This document shows positions 38,659 to 48,607 of a stretch of 51,916 bases of DNA, one piece after another (position 1 is the stretch's first letter; every line of letters begins with the position of its first letter). The DNA is from Clostridia bacterium (lineage in GTDB: Bacteria > CBDUZB01 > JAGLHV01). The position numbers were made by a program, and so were the translations under genes. The notes beneath the pieces are model-generated. The model saw only the letters and a list, made by a program, of their open reading frames with translations. It was not told the origin of the DNA and ran no database searches. Location: NCBI GenBank assembly GCA_030637025.1, contig DAOVVV010000019.1:1-51916 (forward strand). The letters run 5' to 3'.

Positions 38659-40482
38659 TCATTTGCTCTTTTGTATTTCATACTGGCGATATTTTTCTCT
38701 TTTTTGCAATGCTTTCTCTTCATTCAAAGAAAGGGACGGAGCATTTAATGTATTCTGGTAATCATAAATATTTAATAGCTGTTTTTTTAACTCTTTTGTA
38801 TTATATTTCTCCACTTTATCTTTAAGTGGAGCAATATTCTCCTTTAGCCATATTTCCGCCTCTTTTTTCTTCCCTTTATCCACCATTTTAATCGCTCTTT
38901 CCATAACTAGGGTTGATTCCATAAGACTTGCGCTCTGCCCTACATAATTATTTTCGTTTTGTTCAACAAGTTTTTTGTTTTTTGTATACAATAATGAAAC
39001 TTCTGACAATTCTTTCTCTTTTTTCCCCGAATTCATTACATCACTATAAGTAAGAATTACTCTTGCTACCCGGAAAGGCTCCCTCCAGGAAACAGGTACT
39101 TTCAATTTTAATATAATTATTTTTTTCTCTCTGGCAAAAACATCATTCAACTTTATTTTTACTTTATTTCCCTTTTGTTTAAATAAATATCCATAAATCT
39201 CTTCCAGTTTAACTTGTTTGGGGATTTCTATTTGAAGAGAAACATCCTGAGCTACTACTGCCAGGAGCCCCTTTAATTCTTTATCAAACATATTGGCTAT
39301 ATTCCCGGGTTGATCAATATAATAATAATTTCCCGCACCGTATTCAGCAAGCAATAACATTAAATCTTCATTAAATTGGACACCAACCCCAAAAGAAGAA
39401 ATAGAAATACCCTGCCGGCTCTTTTCCTGACAAATTGCTTGAAGCGATTCATCATTAGTAATTCCCCTGTTGGCTAATCCATCTGATAAAAGAAGTACGC
39501 GATTTACTTGTCCTGTCCGATAATTTTTAGCTATCTGCTTATACCCTTCTATCATTCCACCGCTAAGATTGGTACTTCCTCCCGGAAATATTTTATCAAT
39601 TATCTCTAAAATATATTTTTTATTGGTAATCTTTCCTGCTTCAAAAAGAACTTCTACTTCACTTTCATAAGTTACAATAGACAAAATATCTTCTCTATTT
39701 AAATTATTGACTACAAATTTAGCTGCTTCTTTTACATATTCCATTTTTTTCTCACTAGCCATAGAACCACTTCTATCGATAACCAGAGCAACATTTAAAG
39801 GGATTCTTTTTCTCTTTTCTATTTCCCGCGCAAAAAGATCTATCTGTAAGTAAGTTTTTTGGTTACTCCCCTGTAATCGATATTGATTATTCACTGCTGT
39901 TTCCATAAAAAGAGATTTACCCTGGAAAGATTTAATATCTACCGGGGGTAATTTTTCAGTGTCTCCGATTTTTATTTCTTCTCCGGTAAGACTTTTTATG
40001 ATTTTTTCCGCTAATCTGTCAGTAGCTTCTATAACTTCATCCTCATTATTAAATTCTACTTTCTCTGCTAAAATTACTTCGCTTGTCCGGATATCAATAA
40101 GTCTTGCATCTATTCTCATTTTGTATCCGATTTTTATTATACTCCCCATAAGCAGGGCTGTCGCCCCGGTCATCTTCCCTATTTCTATTGATTTTTCCGG
40201 TGCAATTGTGCCTGAAAGTGAAAACTTTAGTTCTTCCAATACTTTCTTTAATTTTTCCCTCTCTACCACTTTAATTTTTTTGCTGATTAAGAGATCGGTT
40301 ATTAACATTTCAGGAATTGCATTTTGAAGGTAATCAAGTTTGCCGGAATTAGAAACATTTTTAAAATCCAGCACAGCTACTGTTTTCTTTGCTTTCATTT
40401 CTTCTGCTTTTATGCTTTTTATATCAATACTAAATAAACTTAACATTAATATTATTAAAATTACTTTTTTTACTCTTTTCAC
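38659..40482 (-). CDS. Exported CsgG/FlgO-like + von Willebrand A (YfbK-like) protein
   Basis: Signal peptide; VAVLDF.N...VVER...IG..GA...GS...DARLID; MIDAS DRSGS, GSTN, LLSDG. Confidence 0.8.
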   Translation of the reverse strand: MKRVKKVILIILMLSLFSIDIKSIKAEEMKAKKTVAVLDFKNVSNSGKLDYLQNAIPEMLITDLLISKKIKVVEREKLKKVLEELKFSLSGTIAPEKSIEIGKMTGATALLMGSIIKIGYKMRIDARLIDIRTSEVILAEKVEFNNEDEVIEATDRLAEKIIKSLTGEEIKIGDTEKLPPVDIKSFQGKSLFMETAVNNQYRLQGSNQKTYLQIDLFAREIEKRKRIPLNVALVIDRSGSMASEKKMEYVKEAAKFVVNNLNREDILSIVTYESEVEVLFEAGKITNKKYILEIIDKIFPGGSTNLSGGMIEGYKQIAKNYRTGQVNRVLLLSDGLANRGITNDESLQAICQEKSRQGISISSFGVGVQFNEDLMLLLAEYGAGNYYYIDQPGNIANMFDKELKGLLAVVAQDVSLQIEIPKQVKLEEIYGYLFKQKGNKVKIKLNDVFAREKKIIILKLKVPVSWREPFRVARVILTYSDVMNSGKKEKELSEVSLLYTKNKKLVEQNENNYVGQSASLMESTLVMERAIKMVDKGKKKEAEIWLKENIAPLKDKVEKYNTKELKKQLLNIYDYQNTLNAPSLSLNEEKALQKREKYRQYEIQKSK

Positions 40483-40545
40483 TAACTCTCCCCTTTTTCT
40501 TTGTTAATTTTTCTCAAATCTTAAAAAAGTTCTTTTTTCCATTAT

Positions 40546-41766
40546 CTATTTTGGTTTACTTCTCGAAGATAACTCTATTTTCTTAGGAGAAACCGAAGAA
40601 CTAAGAATTACGGCAATCTGCCTTAATCTTGCTTTTTTTAACCTATTAAATTCTGCACGATGACTTGTAGATATTCGTTTTTTAGATGGAAATTTCAGTC
40701 TTAAAAAATTAACACATTTTTTATTTTTTATCATACGAAAATCTAAATGAGGTCCGGTAGAAAGACCTGAAGAACCAACATAACCAATTATCTGCCCCTG
40801 TTTTACTTTCGCTCCTTTTCTAATTTTTTTTGCATACCGCGAAAGATGCCCATAAGTTGTGGTATAAACCGAATTATGGCGAATTTTAATAAATCTTCCA
40901 TAACCACCCTTCCACCCTTTAAAAAGCACTGTTCCGTCAGCTACAGTTGCTATCGGGGTTCCAATAGGAGCAGCATAATCAATACCCAAATGAGGACGCC
41001 AATACCGTAAAATGGGATGAAACCTGCGGCGGGAAAAAAAAGAAGAAATACGCCGATAATTTAAGGGTGCCCGTAAAAATTGTTTTTGTAAAGACCTTCC
41101 TTTTAAATCATAATATCCATCTTTAAAATTCATTGCTCTATGATTTTTTGTTTCTTTACCGTAATATTGAGCAATTAATATTTTACCCTCTTTCTTTTTT
41201 TGGCCATTTGAATATTTTTCCCAAACAACTCTATAGGTATCTCCCTGTCTTGTTTCTGTTAAAAAATCGATTTGCCAGGCAAATATATCCACAAAATTTA
41301 AAATTGTTTCCGCACTTAATCCTTGTTCATACATTGCACTCCATAGAGTAGTTTTTATTGTACCGTTAATTCCTACGACACTTTTTTCTAAAAGAATTTT
41401 TTTTTCTAAGGCAATTAATTCTCCGGAAACAGTTTTATTTACTTCATAAATGTTCATCCCTGAATAATATTTAAACTCTTTAAAAATCCCTGTCGTTGAT
41501 TTTATTACTTTATAGTTGTCATTTGCCTTGCATTTACGAACATCGAAAATTTTTTTCAAAGCTTTTGATATTTGCCATACCTCTTTATTAGAAAGCCCCT
41601 CTTCCGTTAAACAGGTATACAGTGTTCCGCCCCGGGGTATTTTACCCTCGGAAATAATAGTTAACGGAGAAGAAAAAACCTTTTCTTCCCCGCTTTTATA
41701 AACAGTCAAAAATAAAATAATTACACCTATTATTCCCGTAAGAAAAAATATTTTTTTCTTTTTCAT
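40546..41766 (-). CDS. M23-family peptidoglycan DD-endopeptidase (MepM/Csd3-like)
   Basis: N-terminal TM helix, RISSFF..R.HPI, HLGIDYAA, YGHL, TGPHLDF. Confidence 0.9.
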   Translation of the reverse strand: MKKKKIFFLTGIIGVIILFLTVYKSGEEKVFSSPLTIISEGKIPRGGTLYTCLTEEGLSNKEVWQISKALKKIFDVRKCKANDNYKVIKSTTGIFKEFKYYSGMNIYEVNKTVSGELIALEKKILLEKSVVGINGTIKTTLWSAMYEQGLSAETILNFVDIFAWQIDFLTETRQGDTYRVVWEKYSNGQKKKEGKILIAQYYGKETKNHRAMNFKDGYYDLKGRSLQKQFLRAPLNYRRISSFFSRRRFHPILRYWRPHLGIDYAAPIGTPIATVADGTVLFKGWKGGYGRFIKIRHNSVYTTTYGHLSRYAKKIRKGAKVKQGQIIGYVGSSGLSTGPHLDFRMIKNKKCVNFLRLKFPSKKRISTSHRAEFNRLKKARLRQIAVILSSSVSPKKIELSSRSKPK

Positions 41767-41804
41767 TCCACCGTCCTTATCGCCAAAAAAATAACCGCAA
41801 TCAT

Positions 41805-41833
41805 ATATTACCCTAAAAAATAAGGAAAGTCAA
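41805..41833 (-). promoter_or_regulatory. Putative sigma70 promoter of the M23 gene
   Basis: Minus strand TTGACT-N17-TAATAT. Confidence 0.5.
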
Positions 41834-41981
41834 GGGGGAAACAAAGCTTTTTATAAAAAGCTAAAAAGGCCCACAATCTGCGTCCTTAACCTTCATTAGA
41901 AATTTCATACTATTTATTCTTGCAATACATCAACTGGTTATTCCGAATTAAGGAAAACGAATAAAAATTCGGGAAATATTA

Positions 41982-42030
41982 TCATTCCACTAATCCCACA
42001 ATTTTTATAAAAGTGGCATTAGTGGAATGA
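41982..42030 (-). terminator. Strong hairpin just downstream of tonB
   Basis: TCATTCCACTAATCCCAC / GTGGCATTAGTGGAATGA, 17 of 18 paired; no clear U-tract. Confidence 0.5.
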
Positions 42031-42050
42031 AGGAGAGTTATAAAAAATCT

Positions 42051-42644
42051 TTATTTTGTTTTTAATTCAAAGCAGATTTTTTGGATACCCCATACGGCAA
42101 CAGGCATACCCATAATTTCAGCCGGCTTAAAACGCCATTTTCGAATTACCCTCATTGCTTCCTGCCCAAACTCGTATAAACCGCCGTTATCCACTAATTT
42201 TACCATTGAAACTTTCCCTTCCCGGTCGATAAGAATTTTCAACGTTACGATTCCTTCCATATTTTTTGCACTGGCTTCAAAAGGATAATCCGGCTCCCTA
42301 TATTTTATAAGCTGTGGCAATTGTTCCACTTCGCTTAAATCATAAGTAACCATAGGGGCAATCAAATCCACTTCATTGGCTAAAGCATTAGGATCTAACT
42401 CAAAAGTAATTTTCCGCCTTAATTCCGGTTTAATTATGTTTTTTTTAATTTTTCTTTGTTTTAGTTCTTTGGGTTTTTGCTTTTTTTTAAGCTTTACCTT
42501 TTCTTTCTTTAACTTAACTACTTCCACTTCAATAGGTTTAATTTTGCTTACCGGTTGATGAAAACAATAATGCAGTAAGGGTAGAAAAGAAAAAACAGCA
42601 ATATTAATTAAAAAAGACAAACCAAAATCTTTGCATTTTTCCAT
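42051..42644 (-). CDS. tonB: Energy transducer TonB
   Basis: N-terminal TM helix, Lys-rich linker, P.YP..A....EG.V...I...G.V...WRFKPA. Confidence 0.88.
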   Translation of the reverse strand: MEKCKDFGLSFLINIAVFSFLPLLHYCFHQPVSKIKPIEVEVVKLKKEKVKLKKKQKPKELKQRKIKKNIIKPELRRKITFELDPNALANEVDLIAPMVTYDLSEVEQLPQLIKYREPDYPFEASAKNMEGIVTLKILIDREGKVSMVKLVDNGGLYEFGQEAMRVIRKWRFKPAEIMGMPVAVWGIQKICFELKTK

Positions 42645-42656
42645 TCTTTTAATCCT

Positions 42657-43073
42657 TTATTCTTCTTTCATTGCGGCTAAAGATATTCTTTCCGCACCGG
42701 CTTGTTTACATTCATCCATCACTGCAATTACTCTGCCAGTAAAAGATACTTTATCCACAATAATAATTATAGAACTGTCTGTTTTATTCCTTAATGTTTC
42801 TTTTATTATCCTGTTTAATTCTTCCAAATCAACTTTGCGGTTATTAATATGAATAGTTCCTTCCTTAGTCACGGAGATTAATACACTTTCCCGGGATAAA
42901 CTCCGGGCTGTCTTTGCTTTTGGCTTGTGAACTTCAACCCCTGTTTCTCTGGAAAAAGTAGTAGTAACCAGAAAGAAAATCAGAAGCAAAAAAACCATAT
43001 CCACTAAAGGAGAGATATTCAGTTCCGGGGTTTTCCTTTCTCTCCGATATGAAAATCCTTTTAACTCACTCAT
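42657..43073 (-). CDS. exbD: Biopolymer transport ExbD
   Basis: NISPLVDMVFLLLIFFLVTT. Confidence 0.92.
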   Translation of the reverse strand: MSELKGFSYRRERKTPELNISPLVDMVFLLLIFFLVTTTFSRETGVEVHKPKAKTARSLSRESVLISVTKEGTIHINNRKVDLEELNRIIKETLRNKTDSSIIIIVDKVSFTGRVIAVMDECKQAGAERISLAAMKEE

Positions 43074-43693
43074 TGTCTATCTCCTTTCGTCAAAATATTA
43101 ATTATTTTGTTGATGTTTTTTTCAAATTCGAAAATTTGTTGATTAACTTTTTTCAATAAATGATTATGGGAAAAAAGAGCCGGTATAGCTACAATCAATC
43201 CCGACTGGGTAGTAATTAAGGCCTGGGATATTCCTTTAGCCAAAGACTGCGGATCTCCCGTTCCAAAAATAGTAATACTATCAAAAGTTGTTACCATGCC
43301 GCTAACCGTCCCTAATAATCCTAAAAGAGGTGCCACAGAAGCTAAAGAAGCAATAGTGGAAAGGGTTTCCTCCAGACGGGGATATTCTTCATGCATTATT
43401 TCCTGCACAATATTTAACAAAGATTTCCTTGTTTTATATTCATCATCGGTCAAGGCCTTTACCGTTTTGGATAATATACCCGGAGTGAGAGAGGATAACT
43501 CTACTATTTTCTCTTTTTCCCCTTTTTGTAAAAAACTAATAATTTTATCAGTAAATATCTCCTGGTTTATATCTTCTTTTTTAAGCCGGCGATACTTTCC
43601 GATAATTAAAGTCCAAATCACAAGTGAAACAATAAATATAGGAATCATTACCGGGCCACCACAAATTAACATTTCCAAAACTGATTTACCCAT
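43070..43693 (-). CDS. exbB: MotA/TolQ/ExbB proton channel
   Basis: APLLGLLGTVSGM, GISQALITTQSGL. Confidence 0.9.
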   Translation of the reverse strand: MGKSVLEMLICGGPVMIPIFIVSLVIWTLIIGKYRRLKKEDINQEIFTDKIISFLQKGEKEKIVELSSLTPGILSKTVKALTDDEYKTRKSLLNIVQEIMHEEYPRLEETLSTIASLASVAPLLGLLGTVSGMVTTFDSITIFGTGDPQSLAKGISQALITTQSGLIVAIPALFSHNHLLKKVNQQIFEFEKNINKIINILTKGDRQ

Positions 43694-45068
43694 TTATCTT
43701 TTCCTTACACAAAGAATTAATAAATTTAACTGCGTTTTTTTCCATATCAGCAGCGATTTTTTCCGCCCGGTCGGAAAGATAATTATGGATCAATAAAGCC
43801 GGTATTGCAATAATCAGTCCTGCCTCTGTAGTAATTAAAGCCTCTGAAATACCCCCTGCTAATAACCTGGGGTCTCCTCCCCCGTGGTAGGTAATTATTT
43901 TAAAAGTAGAAATCATTCCACTTACCGTTCCCAACAATCCTAACAAAGGAGCAACCCCGGCTAAAACACCGATGGTAGAGAGATTTTTTTGCAGGAGGGG
44001 AATTTCTTCTAAATGTTGTTCGTGAAACATTTCTTCTACTACCTGTCTTCCGGCTTGTTGCTGTTCTAATCCTATTTTTAACATTCTGGCTACCGGACCG
44101 GGAGTATTCAGGCATAATTCTATCGCTCTATTTTTATCATTGCTTTTCCACAAATCCATTATTTTGTTCATTAGTAAATCCGCATCAGTATGTTCTCTCC
44201 TAAAAGCCAATAACCTTTCAACCGACATCATAATAATTCCCAAAAGTAAAAATCCGATGGGAATCATTACCGGTCCGCCTTTTATTATCCATCCTATAAT
44301 ACCCTTCCCCCCCTCTTCGCTTATTTTAGATTTAGCACCCTGGATTATATCCATAGGAACAAGAATGTTTTCTTTATCTCTTTTACGCAAAGAAATAAAC
44401 ATTTGCTTTAATTCTTTGCGTAAGGAAGAAGATAGGTTTTTATTCCATCGATTAACAATTTCCCCCTTTTTATAATTTTTTTCCCACAATCCTAATTTAC
44501 CATCTTTTAATTGATAAACAGCAAATGCATTTCCTATTTTTAAGAGCTCTACTTCCTGTCCGTCGACTTTGTCCCGACAATATTTTAAGGTTTCCGCTTC
44601 CGAAATTTCCTTTTCTAAAAAATTGAGGAGATCGGAAAAACTTATTATTGAATTTATTTCTTCAAATTTATCCTGCTGAGTAAAAAATAAATTATTTTCG
44701 TTTTTTCTCTTTAAACTTTCTTTTTTCTCATTTATAAAATTTCGGATTTCTTTTGCTATATTTTCCAAAGTCCCACATTCATTCTGAATCTCCTCTTTAT
44801 TTTCCTCTAAAATATTCAGCTCTTCTTCCATGTTAAATTTTTTCGTTTTCAAATCAGCCAACCCGTCTTCCAATGAATAAACTTTCATTTCCAGTGATTT
44901 TAACCGGTTATAGCTATTCACTTTATCATTAACCCTTGCTATTTTTTCCTGCCTTAATTGTTCTCTCAATTCATTCAATTTATTAAGGTCTTCTTTGTTA
45001 TACGCCATTAGACTTTGCGTAAAAAAAATAACGGCGATTAAACAAACAAACCCAATATATTTTTTCAT
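43686..45068 (-). CDS. Long ExbB (TtpC-like) with exported coiled-coil N-terminus
   Basis: Signal peptide, coiled coil, then APLLGLLGTVSGMI and GISEALITTEAGL. Confidence 0.85.
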   Translation of the reverse strand: MKKYIGFVCLIAVIFFTQSLMAYNKEDLNKLNELREQLRQEKIARVNDKVNSYNRLKSLEMKVYSLEDGLADLKTKKFNMEEELNILEENKEEIQNECGTLENIAKEIRNFINEKKESLKRKNENNLFFTQQDKFEEINSIISFSDLLNFLEKEISEAETLKYCRDKVDGQEVELLKIGNAFAVYQLKDGKLGLWEKNYKKGEIVNRWNKNLSSSLRKELKQMFISLRKRDKENILVPMDIIQGAKSKISEEGGKGIIGWIIKGGPVMIPIGFLLLGIIMMSVERLLAFRREHTDADLLMNKIMDLWKSNDKNRAIELCLNTPGPVARMLKIGLEQQQAGRQVVEEMFHEQHLEEIPLLQKNLSTIGVLAGVAPLLGLLGTVSGMISTFKIITYHGGGDPRLLAGGISEALITTEAGLIIAIPALLIHNYLSDRAEKIAADMEKNAVKFINSLCKEKING

Positions 45069-45874
45069 TATTGTAAACCCTCCGCATGGCTAATAGAATC
45101 AACTATAACCGGAAATTCTATAAGCTCGGAAATTCTTTTACCTTTCATTGTCTCAATTGCTTTTTTTATATTTGTTCGACACTTTCGGCATAAATCATTT
45201 TTCCACATATATCCCTGTTTGTTTTTTAGCAAATAGCCTGTTTCTTTCCTGTCATTAGTCTGATAAAAAAGCATAACTCTTCCCACTCTTACTATTTTTG
45301 CTTTTTTTATCTCACCTTCCATAGTTTCTCTCTCTTCAGCATAAATCTCGCTGTTTTCACCTAATTCTACTTCTCTAACAAGCTGAATATAAATTTCCTG
45401 CATTACTTCTACCAAATCATTTTCTTCTTGTTGCAGATTTCTTTTAAGATTGTCCATCCGGTTTAACTGCAGATCAACTTCATAAGGAAACCCGGACTTA
45501 ATTCTTTCTTTTATTTTCTCGATATCTTCAACTAACACTTTTTTTGCCTTACCAAAAAAAATCTCTGCTGCTTTTTTATCCTTACTTAATTTACTTTCTT
45601 CTTTTTTAACACTATTGATTTTATTTTTTAATTCCCGGGTATCCTTTCTTAAATTACCAATTTTTTCTTCCATCACTTTTATTCGTTCTTCCAGGCTTTT
45701 GTGTGCTAAAGAAACCTGCTCTTTTTCCCTTTGATGTACCTTTTTTTCTTCTTCCAGCAATCGGGTTATTCTTTTAATATCCTCATTAATTTTTCCCCCG
45801 GGTCCTGCTTCAATAAAAGAACTTAAAAGAAACACTGCTAACCCTGTGATTAAAATTAATTTTTTTATACCCAT
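45068..45874 (-). CDS. DUF3450 (TtpB-like) exported coiled-coil protein
   Basis: Signal peptide, coiled coil, GFPY, RVGRVMLFYQT; located before the TtpC-like gene. Confidence 0.75.
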   Translation of the reverse strand: MGIKKLILITGLAVFLLSSFIEAGPGGKINEDIKRITRLLEEEKKVHQREKEQVSLAHKSLEERIKVMEEKIGNLRKDTRELKNKINSVKKEESKLSKDKKAAEIFFGKAKKVLVEDIEKIKERIKSGFPYEVDLQLNRMDNLKRNLQQEENDLVEVMQEIYIQLVREVELGENSEIYAEERETMEGEIKKAKIVRVGRVMLFYQTNDRKETGYLLKNKQGYMWKNDLCRKCRTNIKKAIETMKGKRISELIEFPVIVDSISHAEGLQ

Positions 45875-46028
45875 ATAATATCTCCTTTTTTATCTCTTTT
45901 GTCTGCCCGCCAATTTATAAGGAGGGCCGTTCGTCTTTTTATTTTATCATTCCTCTCCCTGCCTTGGCAGGGGAAAAAGGGGAAACAGGAATCTATTAAT
46001 ATTTTAAGAACATTATAGATTACGCATA

Positions 46029-46204
46029 AATAGATTATGCCATAATTCTACTTTGGGTAATCGCAGGCTTTCCTCCAAATCCGCTTAAGATGGAGCGTAC
46101 AAATAGCCTGTATAATTTTTCCGCAGAGAACGTAACCTTCCTCCAGAGGCGAACAAGAAAAGTTGCAGACACCACACAAAAACGGAGTTGTGGCATAGTC
46201 TGTT
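46029..46204 (+). ncRNA. Candidate structured RNA or MITE
   Basis: 21-bp closing stem whose 5 non-Watson-Crick pairs are all G-U on the plus strand; nested internal stems. Confidence 0.35.
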
Positions 46205-46240
46205 ACCGGAGAAAGCGGTTAATAGCTTTCTCCGGTTTTT
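46205..46240 (+). terminator. Intrinsic-terminator-like hairpin
   Basis: ACCGGAGAAAGC-loop-GCTTTCTCCGGT followed by a T run on the plus strand; immediately 3' of the TBDR stop codon on the minus strand. Confidence 0.65.
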
Positions 46241-46250
46241 ATACTGTTCG

Positions 46251-48446
46251 TTAAAACTTAACTTCCATTCCTCCATAAATGATTCTTCCGGTATAAGGAG
46301 CCCACATAAAAGCTGCATCTGCAGGTCTTTTATCATCCTGGATATAATCAAACAGATTCTTTGCTCCCGCCACTAAAATAACCCCTTCTGATATTTCTTT
46401 CGACACCTTTACATTGTTGACTACGAACCCTTTTGTATGCTTTATTTCATTCTCCACTTCATCCTCTTCATTACAATAATCAATGTATAAACTGCCGGTA
46501 TAATTAGCATCCCAGATAAAACTCCAACCTTCAGGCCTATAGGCTAATTTTACTCCTGCTGTTGTTTGCGGAACGCGGGAAATATATTTACTGTCATCAT
46601 AATAAGTGGTCCCTTCCCAGTCATCTCTTTTATCTTCGTACTGGGCATCAGTATAAGTAAAATTAAAATCGATGTCAAAATCCTTAATCATTTCTATCCC
46701 TAATCCTAATTCTATTCCCTGAGTATAGGCATCTCCAATATTTTCCCATTGATAATCATAACCTAAATTGGCTACTTCCTCATCAGCATCAGCAAAGCTA
46801 ATTTTTTTCTCCAAATTAGTCCTAAAAAAATTAATACTTAGAGAATATTCTTCATATATTTGATCCCACCCTAAATTAAAACTTACTGATTTTTCCGGTT
46901 TCAGTTCACCGGACTTATACACCCGGGGCGAGCCGCTGCAAAGATGTAAATCTTCACTAAAACCGTAAGGAACTCTAAAACCCGTTCCGACACTCGTTCT
47001 CAAAATATTACCGGGATTAATCTCGTATTTTAAAGCACAACGAGGATTAATTGTTGTTTCATCATATTCCACTTTCACATCTTCTAAACCCACCTTTGCA
47101 CTTCCGGCAAATGTATCTTCGGAATTATGACTATCATAGCGGGCACCAAAAACCAATTCCAATTTAGCTGTTGGTTTAAATTCATCTTGAATATAAAATC
47201 CGATTTCCGTAGCACTCTTTTCACTTTCTGATTTATAGGAAGTACTGGACTCCAGATTGACATACATCCCTTCTTCTGTCAAATTGTTGTAATTGTACTG
47301 TACCCCGGCAAGAAGTTTGTTTTTTTCTCCCAATGGATGAGCATAGCATATATCCATTACATAAAGATTTTCATCCGCCATATAAGGATGTAGTATATTG
47401 CTGGGGGGATATTCATCGTCATGAGTAGCTAAATAATCACCCACAAAGGTATCATTAGTAGCATTGCGGTTATGTGTAGCAAAAGCAAAATTTATTCCCA
47501 GACTATTGCTTAAATCAAAGTCTTTCTGCCAGCCAAGAGTTACTTCCTGCCTTTTGCTTGCTATATGTTCCGAACCCTCTGCAAAGGGATTCTCAAATAC
47601 ACCTTCTCCTTCGCCGCCTTTTCTTGACTCGTTTATCGTTCTCCCGGTAAAGGATAATTTATCATTCCCGGTAAGGTCATAAAAGTTTACCCTTGCTCCG
47701 ATACTAATATTATCGGTCCTTACTCTGTCGGTAAATCTAACTCCCCCATCTATTTGCGCCTTATTTTCATCATCTACAAATATCTCATCTGCAGTACTTT
47801 TCTGAGCAGTAAGCATAATATCTTTATTTTCTCCTGCAATTGAAGCATTTAAAGAATAAACATTAGAATTATGCTGTCCCCATTCGGTTTTAAGCGTTAG
47901 TTCCGGCTTGGAAGTCGGCTTCTTGGTGATAATGTTTATAACTCCCGAAATTGCCGAACTACCATAAAGCGCAGAACCTGCTCCTTTTACAATTTCTATT
48001 CTTTCAATATTAGACGCAGGAATCTGATCTAAACCATAAACCCCTGCTAATCCCGAAAAAATCGGTTGTCCATCAATTAACACCTGAACATGTCCTGCTT
48101 CCAGTCCCTGCATTCTAACAACGGTAAAACTACAATAAGAACATTGTTGTTCAACCCTTACACCCGGAACCCCTTCCAAAATTTGATAAAGATTAATTGC
48201 CCCTTTATCTTCAATATCCTGTGCTGTTAGGACCTCAGTTCTCACCGGAGTATCTTTTAACTTTCTTTCCGTTTTAGTCCCGGTAACCACTACCTCTTCT
48301 AATTTTAAAACTTCCTGCTCCTCTTTCTCCACCTGCTTAACTTCTTCAGTCTGTTCGATTTCCTCTGCCAGACAGTAACAGCTATTTACTCCCAAAGATG
48401 CGATTAATACCATTCCTGCCATCAACAACCTTGCTTTTCTAAACAT
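46251..48446 (-). CDS. TonB-dependent outer-membrane receptor (probably metal uptake)
   Basis: Signal peptide, TonB box EEVVVTGT, plug LIDG...IERIEIVKGAGSALYGS.A..GVINIIT, NLFD, terminal Phe. Confidence 0.93.
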   Translation of the reverse strand: MFRKARLLMAGMVLIASLGVNSCYCLAEEIEQTEEVKQVEKEEQEVLKLEEVVVTGTKTERKLKDTPVRTEVLTAQDIEDKGAINLYQILEGVPGVRVEQQCSYCSFTVVRMQGLEAGHVQVLIDGQPIFSGLAGVYGLDQIPASNIERIEIVKGAGSALYGSSAISGVINIITKKPTSKPELTLKTEWGQHNSNVYSLNASIAGENKDIMLTAQKSTADEIFVDDENKAQIDGGVRFTDRVRTDNISIGARVNFYDLTGNDKLSFTGRTINESRKGGEGEGVFENPFAEGSEHIASKRQEVTLGWQKDFDLSNSLGINFAFATHNRNATNDTFVGDYLATHDDEYPPSNILHPYMADENLYVMDICYAHPLGEKNKLLAGVQYNYNNLTEEGMYVNLESSTSYKSESEKSATEIGFYIQDEFKPTAKLELVFGARYDSHNSEDTFAGSAKVGLEDVKVEYDETTINPRCALKYEINPGNILRTSVGTGFRVPYGFSEDLHLCSGSPRVYKSGELKPEKSVSFNLGWDQIYEEYSLSINFFRTNLEKKISFADADEEVANLGYDYQWENIGDAYTQGIELGLGIEMIKDFDIDFNFTYTDAQYEDKRDDWEGTTYYDDSKYISRVPQTTAGVKLAYRPEGWSFIWDANYTGSLYIDYCNEEDEVENEIKHTKGFVVNNVKVSKEISEGVILVAGAKNLFDYIQDDKRPADAAFMWAPYTGRIIYGGMEVKF

Positions 48447-48533
48447 TCTTTAACTTCCTCCTTTATTAAAATTCAATTTTTTTTCAGTGTAAATTTTGTA
48501 TTACTCACCTCCTTCTTTATTTTTTTCTTTGTT

Positions 48534-48566
48534 TTAGTCTTTGCTATCTTTTTTAGGATTACCTAT
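48534..48566. promoter_or_regulatory. Two imperfect DtxR-type boxes upstream of the TBDR
   Basis: TTAG-TCTTTG-CTAT (48534-48547) and TTAG-GATTAC-CTAT (48553-48566), similar to the box at 51648. Confidence 0.5.
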
Positions 48567-48607
48567 ATTTAATCCCAAAAAAAATTTTCTTTCTTTTTTG
48601 TATCCCT

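Noticed and set aside
21693-42759. DnaA boxes TTATCCACA at 21693 and 42751 as oriC evidence
   Set aside because: They are isolated and lie inside polA and exbD; there is no cluster near either DnaA-like gene.
46085-46351. 88-aa minus-strand ORF
   Set aside because: It overlaps the TBDR end out of frame and crosses a terminator-like hairpin and the structured element.
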